In this document: piece by piece, positions 14,901 through 27,500 of the stretch
How the letters are laid out: every line of letters begins with the position of its first letter
Numbering within the stretch: position 1 is the first letter of the stretch
Source: Octopus vulgaris
Lineage: Eukaryota
DNA: 64,000 nt
Assembly (NCBI GenBank): GCA_951406725.2
Contig: OX597814.1
Span: 162,068,001-162,132,000, forward strand
Direction: 5' to 3'
Program-made: the position numbers and the translations under genes
The notes under the pieces: generated by a model
What the model saw: only the letters and a program-made list of their open reading frames with translations
Told to the model about the DNA's origin: nothing
The model's database searches: none

Positions 14901-17900
14901 AAATATAACTATGAAAGCAAGAAAAAATTTTTGAAATGTCAAAAAGGAATTCATTCTGTGTAATATGAGCTTCCATAGATAGATGACATAGTGTAATTAT
15001 TTCACTCATTAAAGCTAAGTGTTGTGTTTTTGCAAATCAAGGAAAGTAATTTATTTATTAGCAAAATTTAGGAGACCTCATGAGAATTAGATCATGGAAA
15101 TATGTTCAGTTTTCATTCTTGATCTTCAGAAACTAATTCTGTTTAGAAGATGTCCATGTTCAGTATGAGTGGGGAATAGATGGTAGCAAGGCAATATTTT
15201 GCATGTTGTGCATCTTGAATGTTTGAGTAAATGAATTCAGTTATTTTTGTAGTAAAAGTCCAAGTAAAACCAGAAATCTAATTCAAGGCTTAAGTTAATA
15301 AAAAAAAAAAGACTATCTTCATTCAAATGTTAAGTTACATAACCTTTGCATGCTGGAAGTATTTTGTTGTAAAAGAATGAAAATTCAGGACTTTCAGCAA
15401 GTGAAGAATAAGAAGAAACATAAATATATATTTATATACACACAGGTTGTTTTAATCTTAAAACAGCTATTGGTTCTATAAAGTAAAACTGCCAATGTTA
15501 GCATGTTCACATTTAATTTAATACCTTTCACCATAATCTTATATGAGCTTTGCTTCATGGTGAAAACTTATTTTATTTAATTACTAAAAATTCCTGATTA
15601 TTTTCAAATTGAAACACTTAGTGTATGTCAACAACATAAAAGGTAATGAGAGGTAAAAAGAAGACAACTGAAAATGACTGCCTGTTCTAAATGAGAGTTT
15701 ATTATACAAGTGAAAGTTGCTAAAATGGTTTACTACTGCCTGGTTTGGTTGTGTGTCTGAGTAACTGTCTGAGAAAATAGCTAGTGTTTGATTTTAGTGG
15801 TAATTATGCTAAAGGTAAGTCATGGAATACTTGAAATATATGGCTTAAAAAAGTTTGCGTTAAGAATGGAATAAGTAGGATGTGGTTGTATGACCATTTT
15901 ATAAAAGTATTAAAAATAATTGTTTCTTTTTTCTAGCTAGATCTTATTCCACAAAATGAGATTATTTGTTTTAATTTAAGGCAAACTGATTTTACATTGA
16001 CTAGTTATTTTCATTTCAATTTTTAATTAAAAAAAAAAAATTAACATCAACTTCTTGCATTCAATTTGAAAACAAAAATGCTATATGGATATGTTTAACA
16101 CCTATTTTTTTTTTCTAATCAATTCTTTAAAAGCATAGTTTCTAATATATTTTCTTTCCCTCTCGATTCCCTCTTTCTGTGGTTCTATCAATGCAGTGAG
16201 TTTGTCTTTACAGTACTCTTAGGTTGCACAGCTACAAGTGCCTGGACTTGCAACAACAATATTTAATAATCTGTGGCACTGAAAGACTGATTTCCTTTTC
16301 AGTCGTTATGCCACTGAAACCGACGACAGTATCATTCTTATTAGGTTTGTCCCACAGCATTTATCAATTTGGATTATTTAGTAATCATAGCCAAAGCTCA
16401 TAAAAGTAATCTGCTGAAAATTTTATTCTGTTTTATTTTTATATGAAAATATTCTGTTTTCTATTTCTTATACTTTTCTATTTTCTATTTAGACATTTAT
16501 TTTTTCTAAAATGTTATTTTTAAAAAAATGTTTATTATATGCTACTCTATATACCAAGAACAATATAGAAAATATGTAATTGTATATGTTTATAGACTTT
16601 AAGAAAACATGCATTCAAATCTAACTCATAATATTTGTTGCTCATAGGTGCTGTTTTATTTTTCACTATTTGTCCTAATTAAATGGTATATTTAAATATT
16701 TTCAATGTGTATTAGAAACTTAAAGGTTTTAGTAGTTTTAAAATGAGTTCATGCTATATTTAAACATAAAATTTGATCATCTTAAGGATTTTAACTCATG
16801 AAGTTTGAACAGTGCCATTAGGAAGTTTATGCTGGTTTTGCACATAAATATTGTGGTCCCACTTAATCATAGTTACAAGAATGATAATTATTTCTTTTGT
16901 CAAAATACAAGGCCATGTTTGTGCTCAATGTAATTCATTCAATTTCTTGCCTGTATTTGTTTAACCCATAAAAATTCTAAATAGAATCAAATATTCAGGT
17001 ACCAAATTACATTGGTATTGTTTCCTATCCTTCATGGGCATAAATCCTGAGATTTTTAAGAAAGGAGGAAATTAAATGTTTTAAAACATTCAAGAATTGA
17101 AATCGAGTCACAAAAATTTGACTATACTCAATGATTCTGGCCAAATGATAATGACTATGATGACGTGAAAACAATGGTGCTGCTGTTTCAAAATTGCAGT
17201 GCTACCCTGTTAATAAAATTAAAGAATATATATAAAAAAGGAATTTCAAGAATTAATTATTTGAAATTCTAAATTCATTACGTTGATACGTAGTAGCTCC
17301 TCTTGATCATCTTCTTCTATATTATTGTTTAAATGTTGGGTGTTTACTTAGTAATTGTATCTGCTTTCAATTTTTTTCTGTCATTAGTTGATTGAAAAGT
17401 TTGTGGCATATTCTGTATCATTTTTACTGGCCTTTCTGCATGAAAATAATTTCAGTTTGGTAAAGATAATCTACATTTTAGCGCAATGCCATCAGCTGAA
17501 TATGTCCTGTTAATCACTTTTGATAAAACACTAATATTAATCCTCATATTAGAAATTGACACATTAGATTCTATGCCCTGATTTTTTTTTGATTTTTTTA
17601 CTTTGGTTAACATATCTACAGCAGATTGTTAGAGCTTTGAGTAAAAGAAACAACCAATACATTGTCTGATACTTGTTGATAATGTTATAATTGTCTACAT
17701 TTGTGTTTGTTATGTTAGTGGCAAGTATCTTTCAGATGTATTATTTTTTTAAAATAAGTATTGCATAATAAGTATAACTTATTTTTCTGTTGCTGCTAAT
17801 GCCAGTTATTAACATTTCCATTTAGTAAGTAGAACATAATTATATCAGGTCTTATCATTGTAATGTTAAAACAATTGTTATATTACCTTGTAATAAATTA

Positions 17901-20900
17901 AGAAGACTAGGAAAGTTAAATTTCCTGTTGTTAGCTTCCTTAAAAATTGGAATACTTACAATAAAATGCCATTATATACACTTACAGATATTGGTCTTGT
18001 TGGTTGTTAAATAAAAAATTTTAAAGCTGCATCTTGGTTTCAACAGAACTTTTGCCAAGTTTGCAAAAGAAAAAAAAAACTGAAAATCAGTTGGGTAAAA
18101 ATAAAACTTGTCATTTAATTTTTTTTTTCATATCAGCTATTTAAAATGAGATAGCTATATTTAATGTAGATCCTTGTGAAGTTTTATGAATAAGCAGTAA
18201 TAATAGAAATAAATAGCTTAATGTATTGGTGTAATAATCATTGTTGGTTGGTAGATTTTGAAGTCTTATACTATTCTATGATGTATGAAGATGCTATCAA
18301 TCTGTTATTATTGACTTGACAAATAGATTACTCTCTTTACGAAGTGATTTCTGAAAAAGAAAAAAAACCCAAAAAACCATTATTGTATTACATGGAAGGG
18401 ATTGACTTTGATAATTGGAACAGGTAATTGTCCTTTATCCAGTAATTTTTGCAAGTGTCTGTTGAAAATATTGTGTAGATTAATGCAGTACTCATACAAA
18501 GGATATGCAATTATACAAACCACACACACATACACAAAATATGATATACAGAGCAACAGAGTTGCCTAGTTTTTCTCTATTACTGTGTGTTCCAGATGCA
18601 AAAGATCTTTTGAATGGTGAAGCATTATGAAACTCAACCAACTTGGGAAAAATGAACATAAAATTTATGTCTGTGTGTTTGTATTTAGTTTACATATGAG
18701 CACAAAACCATGATGTTGTCTCATAACATACTTTTCTGTAGCAACTAGACATTTTGATTAAAATTTCCTGTTTCTGCAGGTAAATAAATAATAAAAAGCT
18801 GTGGAACAATGAAAAATAGAAAATTATCAACAAAATAAGGTGTTTAGAAGGGAAAAGAACTGAGTATGCATGGTATCCAATTTTATAAAATATTTTGTGC
18901 ATACTTATTTTTATTAATCCTTTCCTTATCTTTATATTTTTAAACACCTTGTTTTGTTTGTAATTTTCTGTTTCTGCCTTGTTACTTTTATGTTATTATA
19001 GTTGATTATTAATGTGGATATGACAACCAAAAAATGAAATTTTAATTTGGCCATTGAGTTATTGATTTCATTTGATTTGTATTTCAACTACAACTGTAAA
19101 CAAAATAAATTGTTGATAACAAATGAGTATGCATCTGAAATATTAAAGATAGTCCTATTATAGTTTGAGGTAATGATTCGAACAACACCACATTTACTTT
19201 TTTTATATATTTCATTTAAAATTAATGTGATTACTTGAAATATTTGGTTATGGAACAAATGAAAGTAATAAGCATTCAGGTTACAAGAAATAGAGGATTT
19301 GGCAGGGCTTTTTCATTGTGCTTAACTGAATTCCACATTTTATATTAATGTAGATCTTTCAAAATAGGATAATGCATGCAAATTCAGAGTTCTGGCAATG
19401 TAAATAAATTCAAATACTATTATAGGTATTAGCTAAAACAGGTATTAAATAGTGCTTGTTTTATTGGCTATGCATGACTAGGATGACAAGTGGTTTTACT
19501 ACTTATCTTTAATGTTATCAATTTTTATAATTTTAATGTTTTCATAGCCATTTTTTTAGTTATTTATTGTGACCTTTGTTTGCTATTTGTTTAAAAGGAT
19601 TTGACCTTATTTGGTATTTTCATCTCAACTAAAATAAGATTTATCTGTTGAAAATTGACAAAGAAATCTAAAAACATTAACCAAGTGAGTGGTATCACTC
19701 TCATGGTAATGGATGTTCATTTGTTAATAAGTCTGATACTGTCGTTGTTTGACCCTTGTCCTTTTACCATGCAACTTAACTTACCATCATGGCGTTTAAC
19801 CCAGAAAATTTCATTGCAAGAAACAGCTTTCTACATGAAACATTTGAAGTGTGCAGCTCTTATTCTATAACATTAAGCTGGCATTATGCATGCTGTGGTT
19901 TCCAGACATAATTTAATTTCCTTAATGCTATTTTAAGTTTCAAAAATTTTCCTTTAATATGAAATGATTTGAGATATTATAAGAATGTCTTAAAATTTGT
20001 TCCAGTAATCACTTAATGATAAGAAATTCATAAAGTTATTTTGTATAAATTCTTTGTGTCTGGAATATGGTTCAATATCTGTTAAGTAAATCTATGAATG
20101 ATGATTAAATATACTATATAGTATACCTTACCATTGTGTTTTCCAGACTAAAAGGAGATTGTTTTATGCTACATTATCTGTTTATCAACAGATCTGTCAT
20201 GTTAGATCTACTTATATTAAATATAAATCCTCTCTCTCTCTCTCAAAAAAAACAAACTTTTTTAGTGATTTGTAAAAGGACAAAGGAATGCATATTGCAG
20301 CTTAAAAGAAAAAGTTCTGTAGAGTTTGAGGTGCATTCTTCTGAGATTTTTTTTATGTTGAGTTGATTTCTTGCCATAAAATTTAATTTTATCTTAGCCA
20401 ATTTTCTTACCTATAGAAAATCTAAGATAAAAGAAAAAAAATTGTTCAATTATTTGTATGCACTAAATGCATACATAAATATTAAATATCTAAGATGGTA
20501 AAGTTGCAATTCTTCACTGATTGTTTGTCCTGTATTCCTGCTGTAGTGGGATGGATTTTTTATGTCCCCCACTAGAGCAGTAAAGGGCTTTAGAAGGGTT
20601 AATATATTTGTTTGTCTGTCATGCAGCAGGCACTCATAAAGTTGTTGCAGTCGTTGCCTCTCGTTCCTCCTCAACAGAATCTTACCATTGTGGCACTTGT
20701 ATGCTGTGCAACCCAACTGCGTGTCTTCCTTGCTAGTTAAAGACAGCCCTGTATCTTCTCAGGTAAGTTATTTCCTGCTCTGCAGAAAACTGCAGCCCTT
20801 TTATTTCAGCATTATAGTGTACTACAAAGGAAACCAGCTGGAAAAGAATAAAATAACGCAGTCATATTTATATATATTCTCTTCTGCAAAGATTCTTATT

Positions 20901-21496
20901 GTTTGAAAATGTTCTATCACAGCAGTACAGTCACTTAGACAATTCCACTACTTTTTTAAAAATTTTTTTTATTTTTACCTTCTTTGTATTAGCTGATATT
21001 AAATATTTTATTTTCAAATCACAAAGATGGATAGCTCTGAAAAGAAGCATTTATCACAATAATACCTTCTATTGAAATAACTGTTTTTAATTCATTTTTA
21101 TCATCCTTTTTTTTTCTATTTTTTAAGTTTGAAGTTAGTTTCATCTAGTTAATTTTTAAAAGAATTAATATTGCTTTCATCTAAAAGTTAACAAAACTGA
21201 AATATTTATTGGGCTGTTACACCTGATTTGGTGAAGTTGAATGTTGGAAGTGAGTTTTAAGAGTGAAATTGTAATTTCTCCTCCCTTATGCTTTAGATGC
21301 AGTCTATTGATATGCTAAATTCTTACAATAATAATTGTATCTTTAGGAGATCAAATATAAAGATCTTTGTTTAAGTACTCTGGCAGTTTATGCAAAAGAC
21401 TCTGCAGGTTTTTGGATAAACTATTATTGCAGCATTATCATCAGTCCTACTAGAAATATTCTATTGCTATTTGGAGCAATAATTTTGATTTTTCAT

Positions 21497-21536
<40 letters not shown>

Positions 21537-24500
21537 TACAACTTCTCAAAATTTAAGTACAAGAAATTTCTTCTTAGATTCCTTAAGTTACAAATCATTA
21601 TAAACATTTTCATTTAGGAACCAGCCTTGAAACATTTTGAATGGTTTCAATAAACAAATTTGCCACTAAAATACATAATTTTTATATTTGTTACAGTTTA
21701 TCACAAACTTTATTCAGCAGTCTTTATTTCACTTCCTCCAAACAAACTACTGAAAATATTGGATGTTTAATCAGTAGGTCTCAAGCAGATGAAATGGGTG
21801 TTTTGCTTGTATGTATGTATTTATGTGAGTGAGTGAAGTGGATAACTGGTGGAATACATTGTTATGAGGAGTTTTTAAATAACTAACTTAATCTCAAATT
21901 GTACAAAGAAACATTAGAATTATTTCACTAAGTAAGAGTAAAATATTGTTTAAGGACACAGCAAATGGAATGGTCAATTTATTCTGGTGTGCACCTGTTA
22001 GCTTGATAAACTTAGATTTAAATATTGATGAAATAATTCTTTGAAATAAGGTAAATATGATTTAGCTTGTTTTTCTGCAACAAAATGCAAAATAATTCGA
22101 AAATATCTTAATGATGCCTGGGATTTTTTAAAATATGTAAATAGTTTTCATTCTGTTTCATTTTAAATGAAGAGATCAAAAATGGATTTAAAGTTCCTAG
22201 TTATTGAGTATTTAAGTAGTAATGTTTCCTGTATCAATTCTTGTGTAATCACAAATGTTATGCTCTATTGCTTCCACAAATAATTTTTACTCAGAACCCT
22301 AAAGTAAGCCACAGTCTGATCATTCAACCAGCTAGAAATATCCCCTATATAACATTCTACCTTAGTAATGAAATGACATATTAGATAATGTACCCCAAGA
22401 TAACTTGGATGTAGTTGGCATTAGGAATAATATAAAGCTATTAAGAGATTTTTTTCTAAATATTTGATAACTTGCTTGTCTAAAAAAATACCATTCAAAG
22501 TAATCTAAGAGCCTGGCTACTTGGCTCATTTTAGGAAAATGATGTTTGAAATCCTTTCTGTAAGAATTATTTTGTAGTAGAATATTATCTTCTTATTTTT
22601 TTCTGGCAATAGTCCAGATGAAAAGAGTTGATGTAACATATTAGTGCTTATTAGGAGAAAAATCAATTCACTTGAAGCGCATTTTATATTTGATTTTTTA
22701 TCTTTTTAGCTATTTTTGCATTAAGTGTTGTAAGAATTATTTGATGGTTTGGTTGTAGCTAAATAGTAACTACTCAATTACTGGTTTCGATAATTGTTAA
22801 GTTTACGAGATTGTAATGAAATTTGATTAGTGCTTATCTTTTTAAATAAATGCTTTCAGTTGTTATTTATTAATCATCTCTAATCAAACAGACTGCTTAT
22901 GGTAGTGGTTAGTTTGATAGCAGCAATGGCTCAACATATTAGATCTACTCTTTTTTTTTTTAACTTATTAAAGTTTAGTGATAGGGATTGCTATGTGAAT
23001 GACTTCTTTGCCTTCAGAATGAAAGGAAGGTGTGGAAAATAAAGCTTTTAGAGTTCTCATTTCATAGCATTACGACATACGAATGCATAATAATGTAATG
23101 TCATTCCATTTGTTCTCTAATGCTAAACCAAGTACTTATTTATTGACTAGATAGATTCAAGACTATTTTATTTGACCTGGTACGTGTTGTTTTTAGTTTA
23201 AGCAAGTTTTAACGATATATAAATATTCATTCATTCGTACCAAGGGCGATAAATATTAGAAATACCAAGAGGAGTTTTCTCCCCATCTCATTGTTATATT
23301 GGGTCATCCTATAAATAATGTGGCTTTTTCAATTGCATGAAAAGCCGGAGGAGGACAGGATATATACCTGCATCAACTTGCTATAAATGCAAGTAGCTAT
23401 TTTACCTTGTCCTTGTTTCTGCAAATTTTGAAGAATGCTGTTCGATTTTAGCAGTTACTTTTTTAAAGCTCTAATGGAAGTGACAAAGCATATTCAGCCT
23501 ATTTTGCTTTATGAGTTCAGTAAAGTTAATGCACCAGAAAGTGCAGGGAATATTAATGCAGTATATGGGGATTGGACATTAAGTGTAAGCCAGCGTCAAT
23601 GGTGGTTCCAGAAGTTCTGAACCAGGAACTACAGCCTGGAAGATCTGTGGAGTTTGATGAGGACAGCCTGCAAATCTTGGAACAAAATCCCATCATAATT
23701 GTTGAGGAACTAGCAGAGTAGCTTGAATTTGGTCATTCAACCACTGATCAACACTTGCGTGTCATTGGAAAAGTCAGCAAATTGGATCAGTGGGTTCCTT
23801 ACAAACTTTCTGAGTCTAATCACATGGAGAGACTGAATGTGTGCTCTTCTTTGCTGTCATGTCTCACAAATGAAGCTTTTTGGGACCAAATAGTGGACGG
23901 GTGACAGGTTCTCTATAAAAATGTCAAGTACTGAAAATAGTGGGTGACGAGTTCTCTATAAAAGTGTTGGGCACTGAAAACTGGGAAAAGGAGGAACACC
24001 AACACCCCAGGCTAAAATTATTCACCCACATAAGGTGTTATCTGTTTGGTGGAATATGAAAGGTTTAGTCTACCTTGAACTTTTAAATCCAAATCAAATG
24101 ATAACAAAGGAGATATACTGCAAGCAGCTTAAGTAGGCGCTAGAAGTAAAGCGACCATCTTTGGTTCCAAGATGAAAAGTGAATGCTCGGTCACATAGAG
24201 CGAGGATGACATTCCAAAGGTTGGAGCAATTTAAATGGGAAAGTATGCCCCACCTACCATATTCGCCAGACATTACTCATCTGATTATCATGAATTCTGT
24301 AGATGAGGTCAGAACAGTACTGGAGGAGTATTTTTCGTCATGGACAAGTGAATTTTGGAAGAGCATTGTAAAAAATGAAGTAGATTATATTTTAGAGCAA
24401 AAAAGAATTTTGTTTATCTTAATTTTGAAAAATAAAAGAAGTATAAGAAAACCGCGTTATTTATGGAGAAAAGGATTATCGAAAATGTTGGTTAGCCTAC

Positions 24501-27500
24501 GCATTTTACTGTTTTTAATATGTGCTTTGGGAAAAAGAAGACTATATATTAAGTGTGGTATGGATCTATACATCAGGAACCTAGCACATTAAATTTACTA
24601 GAATTTTTTTTTTTTTACTGGCCCCTAACAATAGATGGTGGGGTGTTGTCTTGTGTGTGTATGTACCTGGTATATGAAAGTTGTGGAGAGCATCTGCATA
24701 TACTGCTGTGAATTGGTTTAGTAAATAGTTTCTGTGTTTGAATGTTTTGAAACACTTTAGATTTTAAGAGAAAATATAGAAAAGCTGGTCTTATTTAAAT
24801 TCCACACTATCTTTGTGAGGATGTAGAACTTTTAGCACTTGGAAGTGTAATCAAGTTTATGGATTTGTATAGCTTTCAGTACCAATGCTTTGGTGCAGTC
24901 CTTCGAGATCTTCCAGATTTTAATTACTGCTTTTTCATGTTTTTATTTGTCCAGTATTTCAGTTGATACATAGAAGCAATTTAGGTCTGTTGTATTGCTT
25001 CCATTTCATCAGTGAAGTTGGTATTATAAAGTGCCTTTTGAGAGGAGTAATTTTATTTGAAAACTAAGAACAAGTATCTTTTGACTGGTTGTTGTTTTCT
25101 AAATATTCTCAAGATTCCATCCTGCTAGTAGTTTGCAAATTGTCATATTTCATTAATATAACTCTGTAATAGTAACATTACTTGTTATCTGTATGTGTCA
25201 CATGGATTCTGATTAGGTATTGCATTACCTTGTACATCTACGTTGCAATGTGTTACAAGGCTCATAAGGAATGTGTTGTTTCCATCAAATCAGTGTCTTT
25301 CTGTAGGTTTTTGACACCATTGAGACTCTTATTTACTTTTGATATTTTAATGTTATTGTTAGTAAAGATGGTAGTTCTGAGTAACCAGAGTTATATTTCA
25401 GAGAGCTGTTGAAATCAGCTTTACAAATATTTGAAGTTTTAAGTTTAGGGATGGAGTTATCTTCTAGAATATCTCAAAAGCTTTCTGTTTAAGTTGCATC
25501 TTTCATTAGAAGAAAAAGAAAAAAGTATTTGGTTCTTGGTAGCTATAAACATTTCTAACACATTGAAATTATGGTGATTACAAAGTACTGAATTAGACTT
25601 GATCTGCCTTGAAGTTCTTTTTTTGTTTTTAAGATTTAAATAAACTATTATTGAAGAAAGAATTCAAAAACGATATAATCAGTGATCTACTTGCTTTAAA
25701 GATAGGTCAGCCAAACCTTTTTATTTTTCCTTTAGCATCAATGTGGCCTTTGTTTTATTTTTTATGTAGAAAATTTTTAATTCTATAAACCCTTTTGAAG
25801 ACTTGTCAATGTAGCAGTGTTTTTGAATCCTTAAAATTTTCATAATCAAAACTGTGCTCATTCTAAAATAGCATTTTCATGTGTGCATGTATATGCACAT
25901 GTGTCTATGGGTGTAGTGTGTATGTATGTAAGTTGTTTGTGTGTGTACATGTATGTGTACTTGCATGTGTACAGGTGGCCCATAAATTGGCTTAATATAT
26001 AATATTATAGTAATGCTATATATATATTACATATATATATATATATATATAAAGCATAATTTTTCCTGCATTCTTGCTTTCATTGTTCTTGTTATATTAA
26101 ATTTGGTTCTTGGATAGATCTTTTTCTTTTGTTATTAACATTCTTATCTTATTGTTCTTTTGTAGGAGCTTCATTGCCGAGATGAAAATCTATGTCAAAT
26201 CTATTGGGAAGCGTAAGTATTTTAAAAGAATTAAAGATGTTTCTTTTATTAATGTTATATATTTTTCTGTTTTATAGACTGATTCAAAATGTAACAATGC
26301 TTTACAATTTTATTTCAAAATGTCCAAGCAGCTAAAATCTTTAATGCCCATTTGACGAAAAGAAAAACATTCTCATGTATAATTATTTATAACTACTTTT
26401 TAACTTTCATTTGATTTTCTTTTTTTCTTTTCTCTCTCATGTTAGATGTATCATCACGAGAGCATGGTTCAAATAAACAAGTGGCTTCCAAATCATGTGC
26501 TTTGTCTTTGGTGCGCCAACTCTATCACATGAATGTTATTGAAGCTTACACCGGTTTGAAGAAAAAGAAAGATGCTGATAAGGTATGTTTTTAAGGAATT
26601 TTATCACTCTAGTAAAGCCTTTCCTTGGGTGCATTTTGGAATAATTATGTGGAGAGTTGTAGTTGTACCACTGGTGTTTGAACAGTACCTGTATACTATG
26701 TATCACATATTCTTTTGGTTTTTGCTTCATAGAACATCTATTGGGAAAATTTCAAATTTTTTAGGTGATTACTCATAATTGTCTCTTTCAATGTCGTTAT
26801 TGCTTGCAAACCCAACACACTGTTGTGTATTGTGACATAGAGCCTACAAAATGCTTTAGGTCTTGATAAAATACCTTTATTCCATATATCATGTTTTTAA
26901 AAAGTAATCGTTACACTTAAACTATTTGTAAATATTTTTACTATTGGGTGTAAACAAAGCATTGTACTGTGGGGTGGTTTTAAAAAAGAAAGGAAGGATT
27001 TGAAATGCATGTGTAGATGTTTACTAATTCAAGTGGGAGCAGGTCAAGTGAAATTGTTTGTGGAAGAAATGGGAGTCTTATGGTATTGTACAAGCACACA
27101 GTTGGAAAAATATATAATGGTGGGAATGACATGGAGAATTGAATGATGGACTACAGGCTTAAGATATCTGTAGCTATTTTGTCAATGAATGCTGACCAGT
27201 TTCTCATATATATATATACATATACACTACAACATAGAATTGACATTTAATACAGCAAATGACATTTTTAGAGATGCAGGTAAAGTGATCTGTAACATGG
27301 AAAGTGGACTTGGTGGAGCTATGTAGGATGGTAATGTTGTGGAAAGGTGGTTTTTGAATAGAAGTGGAAGCAGCAAAAGATCCACCTTAAGTGTGGCAAA
27401 ATCTAAAAGAACTATGCACTAGGAGATTGCCCAGTGTTGTTTTTGAAGGAAGGGTACTCAGAAAAAATAATGGTAGTAAGGTTGGAATGGAAGAATTGAA

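Noticed and set aside
23435-24592. Possible SETMAR-like fusion or exonised mariner in DHX9
   Set aside because: Transposase is fragmented and has an internal tandem duplication near 23910-23985; no convincing in-frame splice sites.
26466-26500. dsRBD2 reads [10 protein letters not shown] rather than vertebrate GSNKKLAAQS
   Set aside because: As I recall, KQ at this position also occurs in Drosophila MLE, so it is not lineage-novel.
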